From the sequence record MN882542: 64,000 bases of DNA. One strand, given 5' to 3'. Below are positions 18,441-27,910 of the stretch, in pieces (position 1 is the first letter of the stretch; each line of letters starts with the position of its first letter). This DNA comes from Escherichia phage JN01. Position numbers and translations under genes: made by a program. The notes under the pieces were generated by a model. The model was not told the origin of the DNA, searched no databases, and saw only the letters and a list, made by a program, of their open reading frames with translations.

Positions 18441-18698
18441 ATGGCTATTATCAAAAACGTTGTAATTACTGCAAAAACTCGCGATGACGCTCGCATCATG
18501 GCGAAAAAGTTAGGCGGGAAAGTTGTTGACAACGGAAAACAATCTGCTGTAAGATGGGGCGTGAAGGCTGATAAACAACTAACCTTAAAACGCAGTTCAA
18601 ACAATCTTTTTAAAGGTGTAAAATCACTCGGTAAAGTGAACGTGTTTACCAAAAAAGGCTATAAAATGCACTTATCATTAACTGGCAATTTAATCTGA
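18441..18698 (+). CDS. hypothetical early protein
   Basis: 85 aa basic ORF. Confidence 0.55.
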   Translation: MAIIKNVVITAKTRDDARIMAKKLGGKVVDNGKQSAVRWGVKADKQLTLKRSSNNLFKGVKSLGKVNVFTKKGYKMHLSLTGNLI

Positions 18699-18788
18699 TA
18701 AAGTACTTTACATGGGGCTTAAAAGCTGATATCTTAAGCCCCAGATAAAGAGCTTTACCACTCAATCCTTAAACTAGGAGATTCAAAA
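18699..18788 (+). promoter_or_regulatory. intergenic cassette type 1
   Basis: Near-identical copy of 17884..17971 (TTTACA-17-TATCTT, GGGGCTTAA stem). Confidence 0.55.
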
Positions 18789-19301
18789 ATGAAAACTGTA
18801 GACGCTACCTTTGAAGTTGTAAAAGAAAAATTCACCATTATTTATGAAGCTATTAATTGCTTTGAAGCAAGCCATAATCTTGATAATTGGAAGTTTACAG
18901 ATGACCATCAAGGCGGCGTGACTGTTAAAAATCCCAACTGTCAGCGTAATGATTTTAAATATGCAATCCCTTTACATTACAGCCTTAAACAGCTTTCAAG
19001 TGACTATGCAAAACAAGGCCGGGAAAATCCATCAAAAGAGGCTTACATCAGCTTACAGAAAGAACTAGAAAGAGATTTGGATGCTTCAGAGTATAACATT
19101 GCCGCTAAAGTTGTGGATGCCAACGGTAAAACGATTTTAGACAGTTTTTATATTGGTTACGCTTTCGATTGGTGCTACAGTGACGGCGATGATTTAGATG
19201 ACAGGCTAAAAGAGGAAGTGAACAACGCAGACGCAGAATCTGAAGTATTAGAACGCTTGGAAGCATTAAAAGATTCAGTGATGAATATCTTTAAGGACTA
19301 A
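18789..19301 (+). CDS. hypothetical early protein
   Basis: 170 aa acidic ORF. Confidence 0.55.
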   Translation: MKTVDATFEVVKEKFTIIYEAINCFEASHNLDNWKFTDDHQGGVTVKNPNCQRNDFKYAIPLHYSLKQLSSDYAKQGRENPSKEAYISLQKELERDLDASEYNIAAKVVDANGKTILDSFYIGYAFDWCYSDGDDLDDRLKEEVNNADAESEVLERLEALKDSVMNIFKD

Positions 19302-19392
19302 ATAGACCTCTTTACACGGGGCTAACAAGCTGATATGATAGCCCCAGATAAAGAGATTTATCAAATTAACCCTTAAACTAGGAGATTCTAAA
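19302..19392 (+). promoter_or_regulatory. intergenic cassette type 1 variant
   Basis: TTTACA-17-TATGAT with stem GGGGCTAAC...AGCCCC; conserved RBS. Confidence 0.5.
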
Positions 19393-19689
19393 ATGAAATT
19401 ATCAAATAAAGTTAGGGAAAACCTTAGCAAATTACTCAATAAAATTGATTTTATCGAGACATCAAGAAATAGTCATGATGTTATGGAATGGTTACACGGC
19501 AAAATAAAAGGCCGTCGTGTAGTGATTTGCTTATGGAACAGTTGCAGGGAGTATAAAAAACCTGTATTGCAAGTTAATATATACGATAATACTTTTAAAA
19601 GTCCTGTTAAATCTAAAAGTGATTTATTAGAATCTTATGAGATAACTGTAAATGGCAAGGTATCACGTAAAGAGGTAACACCATGTTAA
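19393..19689 (+). CDS. hypothetical early protein
   Basis: 98 aa ORF. Confidence 0.55.
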   Translation: MKLSNKVRENLSKLLNKIDFIETSRNSHDVMEWLHGKIKGRRVVICLWNSCREYKKPVLQVNIYDNTFKSPVKSKSDLLESYEITVNGKVSRKEVTPC

Positions 19690-20015
19690 TGATGGGTATC
19701 ACTGCAATCATTGCCATTATAGCACTTTATAAGGCTTACAGCGCATATAATTTGGCAAGTAAGGCAATCACGCAGCAGGTCAATAATAACCTTGTAATGA
19801 GCTTTCTGGAGCGTTTAAGCGATGAACAAATAAAACGGTTAGAAATGAGCTTCAGATTTCAATCAAAAACTTATCAAATCAGCGACATTTTCAAAGATGA
19901 TTTTCAGCTTGTCGATGATTATAACTCTCTGATAAATGCTTTAAATATCAGTGATTTAAAAGATTATCATGCTGTAATAGTTCAAGAATTGAGCAAACGA
20001 AAAAATTCCTCTTGA
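19683..20015 (+). CDS. hypothetical membrane protein
   Basis: 110 aa; hydrophobic N-terminus (MGITAIIAIIALY). Confidence 0.5.
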   Translation: MLMMGITAIIAIIALYKAYSAYNLASKAITQQVNNNLVMSFLERLSDEQIKRLEMSFRFQSKTYQISDIFKDDFQLVDDYNSLINALNISDLKDYHAVIVQELSKRKNSS

Positions 20016-20105
20016 TTTTGGTTTTTAAAACAAGTAAATTACTAATCAACGGGGAGGGAATGACCTTCCCCACTAAGTAAAGTCCTTAAACTAGGAGATT
20101 CGAAA
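20016..20105 (+). promoter_or_regulatory. intergenic cassette type 2 (promoter, then leader stem-loop GGGGAGGG/CCTTCCCC, then RBS)
   Basis: TTGATT, 17 bp, TAAATT; leader ACTAATCAACGGGGAGGGAATGACCTTCCCCACTAAGTAAAGTCCTTAAACTAGGAGATTC. Confidence 0.55.
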
Positions 20106-20378
20106 ATGTATACTACTAACAATGGTCGCACTTTGAACGTAACCCTGCGCCACTATGTGAACGGTGTAATGCACTTCGAGGATTTACAAGCTGAACAACA
20201 TATATTGGATTGGCAACTTGCAGGACTCCAAAAAACTGCTACCGGATACGGGAAAAAGATTCCAACTAGCTGGAAAGTATACTACGAAGGACGTTTGCGC
20301 AGAATTTATCAAGATGTATGCAGCAATAGCGCATCAAGTTACATCATGGTAAAAGGTAAAAAATTACACTTAGTATAA
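20106..20378 (+). CDS. hypothetical early protein
   Basis: 90 aa ORF. Confidence 0.55.
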   Translation: MYTTNNGRTLNVTLRHYVNGVMHFEDLQAEQHILDWQLAGLQKTATGYGKKIPTSWKVYYEGRLRRIYQDVCSNSASSYIMVKGKKLHLV

Positions 20379-20463
20379 AGTACTTTACAAGGGGCTTATA
20401 GTTCGATAAAGTAAGCCCCAGATAAAGAGCTTTATCACTCAATCCTAAATTGGAGATTCTAAA
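20379..20463 (+). promoter_or_regulatory. intergenic cassette type 1
   Basis: Copy of 18353..18440. Confidence 0.55.
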
Positions 20464-20868
20464 ATGGCTATTAATAATCGTGAGTTATCAATCTTAAAAG
20501 CACGTTTGACCGTTAACCGGATTAATGTTATTACGTCATCAGCACCTGATGAGACATTGCACAACATTATCGGGAAGATTCAAAGTGTTATCTTAGACGT
20601 TGAAAGCGTAAAAAACTCACTGGCTGACGTTGCAGCAGGTATCACGCTAGACGGTGCACAATATGAAATGGCTGACATGTTAGGCAAATCTAAGGTAATG
20701 AATAAAGAGCTTGATTTAAAAATGTTTCGTTTTGCTGTTAAAGTGTGGCTATCTGTCGAGTATGACGCAAATTTTGCAATCGCTGACTTTTTTGCAACAT
20801 GGTTGCAACGTAATTTAACAAATCATGATTTTCGTGATATCTGCGATGTAATTTACGCAGAACTATAA
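20464..20868 (+). CDS. hypothetical early protein
   Basis: 134 aa ORF. Confidence 0.55.
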   Translation: MAINNRELSILKARLTVNRINVITSSAPDETLHNIIGKIQSVILDVESVKNSLADVAAGITLDGAQYEMADMLGKSKVMNKELDLKMFRFAVKVWLSVEYDANFAIADFFATWLQRNLTNHDFRDICDVIYAEL

Positions 20869-20971
20869 AAATTTTTCTTGATTTTGGTTTTTAAAACAAG
20901 TAAATTACTAATCAACGGGGAGGGAAGGACCTTCCCCACTAAGTAAAGTCCTTAAACTAGGAGATTCAAAA
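20869..20971 (+). promoter_or_regulatory. intergenic cassette type 2
   Basis: Copy of 20016..20105 with one base change in the stem-loop. Confidence 0.55.
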
Positions 20972-21172
20972 ATGGCTATTATTAACGGCTTAAACATTGA
21001 AACTACTCACATCAAAGACATTAAAGTCGGTGATGTAGTCCTTTCCCACGGCGTAGAAAAAACTGTCACTGCAAAGGATATCAAAGAGGATTCTTTCATG
21101 GGTAGAACTCTCTTCGGTGATTCTTATTGCTTAGGTTATCTTGCAGTTTTAAAAGTTGTCAAAAATAACTGA
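20972..21172 (+). CDS. hypothetical early protein
   Basis: 66 aa ORF. Confidence 0.5.
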   Translation: MAIINGLNIETTHIKDIKVGDVVLSHGVEKTVTAKDIKEDSFMGRTLFGDSYCLGYLAVLKVVKNN

Positions 21173-21267
21173 TAAAGTACTTTACAAGGGGCTTAAAAGC
21201 TGATATCTTAAGCCCCAGATAAAGAGCTTTACCACTAAATCAAGTCCTTAAACTAGGAGATTCAAAA
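21173..21267 (+). promoter_or_regulatory. intergenic cassette type 1
   Basis: TTTACA-17-TATCTT with GGGGCTTAA stem; conserved leader and RBS. Confidence 0.55.
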
Positions 21268-21810
21268 ATGAAATGCTTTCACGGTACTACTCAAGAAAAC
21301 TTCATCAACTTAATTAATAACGGTGATAAACCATCAGGCGCATGGAATTGTTCGGATATGGATGGCAATTTTTACGTTTATCCAGAAAATAAAATCTATG
21401 GCGACGATGAGGAAGAAATAATCTCTGAAGGCATTCAACAAGCTTTAGGCAATGCCACTATAACGGCAGCTTTTCAGATGAAAACTCAAAATATTGTTAT
21501 CTTAGAACTTGATATCCCAGAGGATGAGTTGAATGATGATTATTCTTGTGATAATATGTCGAGCGTAGCAAGTTTTACAGAATACTTCGATTTAAATTGG
21601 ATTAAAAAGGTTTACGTAACCGAGTTTAATGCAATGTTTTCACCTTTTTGTCTTCCTTCACTGGATAACCCAAATTTAAACTATCTTGAGGAGACATTAG
21701 AACTACTTGCTAAAAGTGTTCAACAGTCGGACAGTATTCAGGTTTTTTGTGACATCATGGATACACTGACAGGAAACATTACAGAAGAGGATTTAAAGAG
21801 CTTTTTATAA
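21268..21810 (+). CDS. hypothetical early protein
   Basis: 180 aa acidic ORF. Confidence 0.55.
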   Translation: MKCFHGTTQENFINLINNGDKPSGAWNCSDMDGNFYVYPENKIYGDDEEEIISEGIQQALGNATITAAFQMKTQNIVILELDIPEDELNDDYSCDNMSSVASFTEYFDLNWIKKVYVTEFNAMFSPFCLPSLDNPNLNYLEETLELLAKSVQQSDSIQVFCDIMDTLTGNITEEDLKSFL

Positions 21811-21876
21811 TAACCTATACAATCACCTTATAAATACTGATTATCCCCTCATAGGGGCTTTTAGGAGGCTTAAATC

Positions 21877-22119
21877 ATGCTTACAACCATTTACCTCATC
21901 CTTTCTATTTGTAATGGTCATTCATGCGATTTTAAAGGGCTTGAGGAGTTTACAGGGAGTAAAGAAAATGCCGTTCAAGTGTGCCAGATAGCAAGGCAAG
22001 ACTATCCCGCCAGTGATGATATACAATGTTACTTTAAGACAGAAGATGAAGACGGTATCTATTTTGACAGCGTAGATGGTCAATATGAAATTATCATTGA
22101 AAAGACTAGACAAGCCTGA
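21877..22119 (+). CDS. hypothetical protein
   Basis: 80 aa ORF, hydrophobic N-terminus, TAGGAGG RBS. Confidence 0.5.
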   Translation: MLTTIYLILSICNGHSCDFKGLEEFTGSKENAVQVCQIARQDYPASDDIQCYFKTEDEDGIYFDSVDGQYEIIIEKTRQA

Positions 22120-22198
22120 TAAAAGTCTGTAAATTGTCAATCAACGGGAGGTAATAACCTCCCCACTAAGTAAAGTCCTTAAACTAGGAGATTCTAAA
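22120..22198 (+). promoter_or_regulatory. intergenic cassette type 2 variant
   Basis: TAGACA-17-TAAATT; stem GGGAGGTAATAACCTCCCC; conserved RBS. Confidence 0.5.
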
Positions 22199-22540
22199 AT
22201 GGCTTATGTAACCGTAATTACCGATAAAGCTGGCTCATCTTGGTCAACTCAAGTAAGTGATAAGATGTCACCTATGCAGTGCCTAAAATACTTTGAGCAA
22301 TGGAACAAAGGCGAGAATGTCAGCCCCTTTCAAGTCATGCAGATTATCCATACAGATAACGAAGGGAATAAAACTGTTTTGAATAGTGAGTACTACGCAA
22401 CCCGATTTGAAACGAGATGTAAAGCAATGAAGCTTTTGCGTGAGTCTGGTTATTCTCATATCGCCTCACTAATCTGGGATGACCTGCTAAAAAATCAGCG
22501 TATCAGCTATGTAAAACCTGAAAAAATATTCATCAGTTAA
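22199..22540 (+). CDS. hypothetical early protein
   Basis: 113 aa ORF. Confidence 0.55.
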   Translation: MAYVTVITDKAGSSWSTQVSDKMSPMQCLKYFEQWNKGENVSPFQVMQIIHTDNEGNKTVLNSEYYATRFETRCKAMKLLRESGYSHIASLIWDDLLKNQRISYVKPEKIFIS

Positions 22541-22760
22541 TCAATAACTTACAAAAAACTTTTTAAAAAGTATTGACAATACCCCTTGACATTGGTAAAT
22601 TTGTTCGAGGGGGTTTATCTAAAAGGGATTAACTTAAAAGATTCTTTATAGATAAGCTTAAAAAATTGCTTGCAATCAGATATCAAAACAAGTAAATTAC
22701 TAATCAACGGGAGGGATAACCTCCCTACTAAGTAAAGTCCTTAAACTAGGAGATTCAAAA
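22541..22760 (+). promoter_or_regulatory. extended intergenic region ending in a type 2 cassette
   Basis: Tandem TTGACA boxes near 22572 and 22586, then TTGCAA-17-TAAATT, stem GGGAGGGATAACCTCCC and RBS. Confidence 0.45.
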
Positions 22761-23291
22761 ATGAACAAGTTCAAAGCTATCAACTTCATTCGTTCAAATA
22801 GTGTTATGTCAAAGCCTGTTAAAGATACCTATGAATTTCGTTGCAATGGGGTGCATTTTGCAACCATCACCAAATCAGAAAACGGAGCTTATTACATCCA
22901 TCGCCGTAATGTTGCAACCGTTGTTGTCTCTCACTTTATGCAAGCTGTCGCGGAACTTCTCCCGATGTTTTTAGGGCTTTACTTGGATGAGTGTAAAAAC
23001 GTTCACAATCACGTTAAAAACCTTTTAAACAGCTATAAAATGGCTTATGAACGTTCTATCAAGTCATTGAACAAGTTTTACAACGCACCTGAAAACACTG
23101 TGTCAATAGCCTATGGTGTAAGCGGTGAAATGGTAAACTTATCCAATGTGGAAGAAATCAAGCTGCATGATTTACGCCCTAACGGTTACGCTAAAACCAT
23201 CGGTGAAGGTTTAACTTTCAATATCAAGAACTTAGAAAAAACTTTAAAAGATATTGAAAAAGATATTGACGAGACAATCAAAAGTCTGTAA
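22761..23291 (+). CDS. hypothetical early protein
   Basis: 176 aa ORF. Confidence 0.55.
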   Translation: MNKFKAINFIRSNSVMSKPVKDTYEFRCNGVHFATITKSENGAYYIHRRNVATVVVSHFMQAVAELLPMFLGLYLDECKNVHNHVKNLLNSYKMAYERSIKSLNKFYNAPENTVSIAYGVSGEMVNLSNVEEIKLHDLRPNGYAKTIGEGLTFNIKNLEKTLKDIEKDIDETIKSL

Positions 23292-23357
23292 ATTGTCAAT
23301 CAACGGGGAGGGAATGACCTTCCCCACTAAGTAAAGTCCTAAACTGGAGTTATCAAG
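23292..23357 (+). promoter_or_regulatory. intergenic cassette type 2 variant
   Basis: TAAATT box and GGGGAGGGAATGACCTTCCCC stem; divergent RBS GGAG. Confidence 0.45.
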
Positions 23358-23621
23358 ATGGAAAACGTCGAACTGACCACACTTTTACAAATTGCAACCG
23401 ACAAAGAGGATGTAGCATTATTCCACCGTATCGAAAGTGATTTGTTCAATGGTGAAATCATTAAAGAATCTTACGAAGTGGTCGGATTCAAAGATGGTAA
23501 ATCATTTGGATTCTTTGACCTCGACAAAGGCAACGCTATTACAAAGTATGATGTTTTATCTTGTGAGATTCTGACAAAATACAACGAAAAAAGACTTGCA
23601 ACATACGCCAACATGCAGTAA
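23358..23621 (+). CDS. hypothetical early protein
   Basis: 87 aa ORF. Confidence 0.5.
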   Translation: MENVELTTLLQIATDKEDVALFHRIESDLFNGEIIKESYEVVGFKDGKSFGFFDLDKGNAITKYDVLSCEILTKYNEKRLATYANMQ

Positions 23622-23686
23622 ATTACTAATCAACGGGAGGGATGACCTCCCTACTAAATAAAGTCCTTAAACTAGGAGATTCTAAA
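23622..23686 (+). promoter_or_regulatory. intergenic cassette type 2
   Basis: TTGCAA-17-TAAATT overlapping the end of the previous ORF; stem GGGAGGGATGACCTCCC; conserved RBS. Confidence 0.5.
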
Positions 23687-23935
23687 ATGGCAACTATCCG
23701 CGCAATTGTAAATTCTTATGGCTGCTACACTCTGGACGCTAAATTTGATATTGGTGGGACTGATGAGTGTTTCGAACTGGTGAAGACAGTCATTAAACAA
23801 GTTATCCCAGACTATAACCCTACTGATGACTTCTGGAAAGATGCAGTAAAAGAGGCGTTGAACGATGAATATCATTACCATTATTGGGGTGACTTGATTG
23901 TCTCACTGTACTACAATAAACAAGGTTGCAACTAA
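23687..23935 (+). CDS. hypothetical early protein
   Basis: ORF-track start 23642 lies inside the cassette; conserved cassette ATG at 23687 gives MATIRAIV. Confidence 0.5.
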   Translation: MATIRAIVNSYGCYTLDAKFDIGGTDECFELVKTVIKQVIPDYNPTDDFWKDAVKEALNDEYHYHYWGDLIVSLYYNKQGCN

Positions 23936-23961
23936 TCGACGCAACGGGGCAAATAGCCCCA

Positions 23962-23996
23962 GATACCTTTACAGCCCCTTAAATGGGGCTTTTTTA
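23962..23996 (+). terminator. intrinsic terminator closing the rightward early block
   Basis: AGCCCC-ttaaat-GGGGCT hairpin followed by TTTTTTAC. Confidence 0.6.
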
Positions 23997-25534
23997 CGTC
24001 TTATCAAATCCTATACAACCCTTTTCCTTTCCTTTCCAGAATCTTACTAGACCTTAAAAAGCAATAACTTTATAGCCTTTTACTAAGTCAATTAATTGGC
24101 CTTGTTAATAATCCCTTAAATAAAAGACAATAACCCCAGAAAGGGGGTAACCCATTTAAACGCCCTATAAAGCCCTATAACGGCCTTTTTAACCTAACTT
24201 AAGGGATTGCATTAACTAACCTTAAAAAGCCCTTTATAAAGCTTCTCAGAGCCTTAAAAGAATCTTATAAGGGTGTAAGCTTTATTATCTCGTTAGCTAT
24301 CTTGTGAACTACTAAAAAGGGCTTGTTAGTGTCTTAAAAGTATGTTATAGGGGCTATAAAGTTGCTTAAAAGTAGCTTAAAAGTTACGTAAATGCTAGCC
24401 CCCTTAACATTTTCTTAACAATTTCTTAACAAACCCTACATAGTTATGCTTTTAAGACACTTGTTAGCAACTTGTTAGCCCCTTGTTAAATCTCTGTTAA
24501 AACCACGTAAAAGCCTTGTAAGAGCCTTTGACATAGCCTTTAAAGCTCCTGTAAAGCCCTATAAAGAGCTTTCTACATAGTTGGTGTGTAATTACTAGAA
24601 AGAGACTAAAAAGAGCTTATAAGGAGCTATAAAGGGCTTTTAAGAGGGCTATTTAAAGGGTCACTAAGAGGGAAAGGGAACGATAAGAAAAGAGATAGTG
24701 ACCATGTTAATAGCTTGTTAAAAAGATTAAACACTTGTTAGGAACTTGTTAATTATCTTAACAAAATAACTCTTTAAAATTAACTTGTTAGCTCTTGTTA
24801 GTCATCTGTTAAGACTCTGTAAAGACCATGTATCAACTGTTAAGAAACTGTTAAGTTCTTGTTAGTTCTGTTAAGAATCTGTTAAGACCTCTGAAGAGAT
24901 GTTAAGAGGATGTAGTAGCTGTTAAGAGATTGTTAAGGATATTTTAAAATTCTGCAAAGGGATGGTAAGGGAGCTGTTAAGGGCTACCAAGCAGATATAC
25001 ATCCTAATCAGATATTTTTCAGTTCCTTCAAAGACCCTAAAAAATGACTTGATAGTCCTATTTTATAAAAATTTTAAAATTCTGAATAATTACCTAGACA
25101 GTCTTCTAAAAATACAGGCATAAACAGGCTTATAAGATACCTTGTTAGTACCGTGTTAGACCTTGTGAGATAAGGTCTGTAAAGATATTCCTGTTAAGTT
25201 TGTTAAAACAGTCTATATAGAGGCTTAGTATTTCCTAGTGAACACCTATAGAGGGTATCATAGCTGACATAGAGATTAAGAGGTGTATAGGAGCTTCTAA
25301 GAGGGTGTAGAGGTATGGTTAAGGTGATTGTATAGGTTGTTAAGAAGGCTTGTTAGAAGAGTGTTTAGAAGGGCTATACAGAGGGGCTATTAAGACCACT
25401 AGATAGATACTAAGATACTATATAGTACTATATAACTATATAGAGAGTAAGATTAAGAAGGATGTTAAGAAGGGTAGATATTTTATTCACATATGATGGT
25501 GACCCAGAGGTTGGGACAACCGATAAAATTTTAT
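23997..25534. repeat. ORF-free island densely packed with short motifs (C/T)TGTTA(A/G), CTTAAAAG, CTATAAAG
   Basis: No ORF of 60 aa or more on either strand; 30 or more TGTTA-type motifs, about 11 bp apart between 24735 and 24990. Confidence 0.7.
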
Positions 25535-25565
25535 AAAAATTAAAAAGCCCCCAATTAAGGAGGCT
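25535..25565 (-). terminator. intrinsic terminator closing the leftward block
   Basis: Minus-strand RNA reads GCCUCC-UUAAUU-GGGGGC then UUUUUAAUUUUU. Confidence 0.55.
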
Positions 25566-25576
25566 CTTAAGATATT

Positions 25577-26170
25577 TTAAACCAGTGTTTCCAGAACTGT
25601 TTTCAATGATGACTTGGTTGTCTGATAAAAATGAGTAAATCCATTGTTATTATCGAATACCTGCATCATGATATCATCTCCCTTGATTGGGTACACTCGG
25701 ATATCATAGTGAAAACCATTAAAGACACAAGAACCACTACAGAATCCTCTAAAGTCATCCACTGAGATGTACTCTTCATGACCTGTGATTTTTATACAAA
25801 CACCTTTACTCGGTCTCTTAGGGTTGATATCTTCCATCACAGACATACTCTGACCACCAAGAGACACTATAGTGACCACTTTACGGTTCTTCTGTCTAAA
25901 GTACATCTTAACTTTCTGTAAAGTGTCTTCATAGAACGGATAAGACTTCTCTACAAAGATTCCTTCTAATGGCTCTTTACCGTTTACAATACCTCTGGTA
26001 TGACGTACTGCAAAGATAATTTGTTGGAGCCAATCAAAATTTTCTTCGGATAGTGCTTCTCGAATATCATTCCAATCAAGGACTAGATAGTTACCTTCAA
26101 CATCTTTTAAGTTATCTTTTTCCATATCTATCACACCATTATCGTAAAACTTGGTAATCTGGTACTGCAA
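25577..26170 (-). CDS. hypothetical protein
   Basis: 197 aa ORF. Confidence 0.5.
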   Translation of the reverse strand: MQYQITKFYDNGVIDMEKDNLKDVEGNYLVLDWNDIREALSEENFDWLQQIIFAVRHTRGIVNGKEPLEGIFVEKSYPFYEDTLQKVKMYFRQKNRKVVTIVSLGGQSMSVMEDINPKRPSKGVCIKITGHEEYISVDDFRGFCSGSCVFNGFHYDIRVYPIKGDDIMMQVFDNNNGFTHFYQTTKSSLKTVLETLV

Positions 26171-26603
26171 ACTTGTTGTTGTTGTTTTTAATGAGGTCTT
26201 CTTTTGTTACAAAGAATGTAAGCCCACATAAGTGTGTATAGTGGCTACCATACTCAAATACTTTAAGTAAGTATTCGCCATCATCATAAACATGCTCTAC
26301 TACACCTTTTGCAACAATCTTTCCAGTCTTGAAATCTTTAAGAGGGTATACATTACCAACTTTAGGAACTGTTTTCATCTCAGGTTCTTTTAGCTTCTCA
26401 CCAGCTTCTACATCACCTAGTAAGTGAGAACTATCAAAAGCTACATGTTGCATATAAGCTTCTGAGCATTCCCAGATAAAGCAACTTACAAGAACCTTAG
26501 CAGCATGTCTTGAACAATTCAGCTTATCACAAATCTCTTTGTACATTTCATCTTTAGTTGAGTTGTCAAGCATTGCTTTTTGGACTACTTCTTTAATTTT
26601 CAT
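26139..26603 (-). CDS. hypothetical protein
   Basis: 154 aa ORF. Confidence 0.5.
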   Translation of the reverse strand: MKIKEVVQKAMLDNSTKDEMYKEICDKLNCSRHAAKVLVSCFIWECSEAYMQHVAFDSSHLLGDVEAGEKLKEPEMKTVPKVGNVYPLKDFKTGKIVAKGVVEHVYDDGEYLLKVFEYGSHYTHLCGLTFFVTKEDLIKNNNNKFAVPDYQVLR

Positions 26604-27021
26604 AAGCTCTCCGAATAACCCTATTAAGCATCTCTAAAGTCAGCTTTCCAGATTCTAAATGTGGCATGATGAGTTTTAAAGCTTTTTCAACATCATGCAC
26701 AACATCTATTATACCTTCTGCATAGGCTTCTACAAGGATATCTTTTACATTTTGTGATTTACCTTTTTGTGGTATCACTAGACGCATATCAAACTCATTT
26801 GCTTGAGGATGGTTCTTACCTTGCCAATAACCATCTTTGTTAAAGCTGATGTAGTCACCGTGGTAAAAGTGTACACCATTAGCTTTAAACTTCTCCAGCA
26901 CAAGGCATTGAATTGGGTATTCAGTATTCCACTCCCTGACTCCTATAACCTTCACTGTTGCGATGTACTCCTGTGTTTTTGCATCTATGATGTCAAGTTC
27001 TTGACCAGCTATGATTTGCAT
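26593..27021 (-). CDS. hypothetical protein
   Basis: 142 aa ORF. Confidence 0.5.
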   Translation of the reverse strand: MQIIAGQELDIIDAKTQEYIATVKVIGVREWNTEYPIQCLVLEKFKANGVHFYHGDYISFNKDGYWQGKNHPQANEFDMRLVIPQKGKSQNVKDILVEAYAEGIIDVVHDVEKALKLIMPHLESGKLTLEMLNRVIRRAYEN

Positions 27022-27075
27022 ATTCGCTACCTTCTAAGTTCCTACAAAGGGGCTATCAAGTAACCCCTCAAGTGA

Positions 27076-27300
27076 CTACTCAGACTTTTCAGTCTTCTTA
27101 TCGGATTTCTTACTAGTCTTCTTCTCAGCTTTCTGCTCAGGTTCCTTCTCAGAAGTTACCTTGATAACCATATCAAGAAGCTCTGATAAGTCACTCTTCA
27201 GCAGAGTAACAGGCTGCTCATTGTAGAAGTTTTTGTCAAGATAAACTTTAAACTCTTCTATAGAAGGAAATCCAAAAATTGGTACAGGTGTCTTAATCAT
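27076..27300 (-). CDS. hypothetical protein with Lys/Glu-rich C-terminus
   Basis: 74 aa ORF. Confidence 0.45.
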   Translation of the reverse strand: MIKTPVPIFGFPSIEEFKVYLDKNFYNEQPVTLLKSDLSELLDMVIKVTSEKEPEQKAEKKTSKKSDKKTEKSE

Positions 27301-27376
27301 TACTTAGTTTCTCCATAAGCATCTTTCAAGATTGCCTTGTTAATCATTTCAGCGATTGCAAAACGAACACATACAG

Positions 27377-27910
27377 CTATAATTGTAGGTTGCATTCTTT
27401 ACTTACCTCTTCAAGTTTAACCTCAGAGTCCTTAAGACGTTTCTTATGAACTCTAAACCTCATTAGTGCGATGATGATACCAACTAAAGGAACAGCATAC
27501 AAGTACCAAACATCATATACCTTTGCAGTAATCTGTGTAATGGTCAAGTCTTGAGCTATGGAACTGATTGCTGATACTGCCAGTAATGTTGCTAGGAAAA
27601 ACGCTAGTATCATTACCGTGCTTAAACAACCTCTGGCATGGTGTTCATGCTTAATGCACTTATTCTTTTCGTCAACAACTCTGTTGTAGTCATTTGTAAA
27701 GTCTCTGTAGAAAGCTTTCAAGTATTCTTTATTGTAGCCTTCAAAGCAACCTGTACCGTACCAATAATCACCACCAAAATGTGCTATGATACCAGTATCC
27801 CCATTTGGTTTAGTTACTCTCAAAGATGTGTGATGACGAGTATCTTGATAGTCTATTTTGTATCTTTCTTCGTAAATCATTTTCCAATCCCTCTCAATCG
27901 TTTGTTCCAC
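27377..27910 (-). CDS. hypothetical membrane protein
   Basis: 177 aa; two predicted TM helices in C-terminal half. Confidence 0.5.
   Translation of the reverse strand: MEQTIERDWKMIYEERYKIDYQDTRHHTSLRVTKPNGDTGIIAHFGGDYWYGTGCFEGYNKEYLKAFYRDFTNDYNRVVDEKNKCIKHEHHARGCLSTVMILAFFLATLLAVSAISSIAQDLTITQITAKVYDVWYLYAVPLVGIIIALMRFRVHKKRLKDSEVKLEEVSKECNLQL

Noticed and set aside
17884-23686. CRISPR array interpretation of the repeated intergenic units
   Set aside because: Repeats are about 65-100 bp, contain promoter and RBS signals, and are separated by protein-coding ORFs of variable length, not 30-40 bp spacers
23997-25534. Hidden coding or CRISPR content in the ORF-free island
   Set aside because: No frame stays open for 60 codons on either strand, and the repeats are short degenerate words with irregular spacing, not direct repeats with unique spacers
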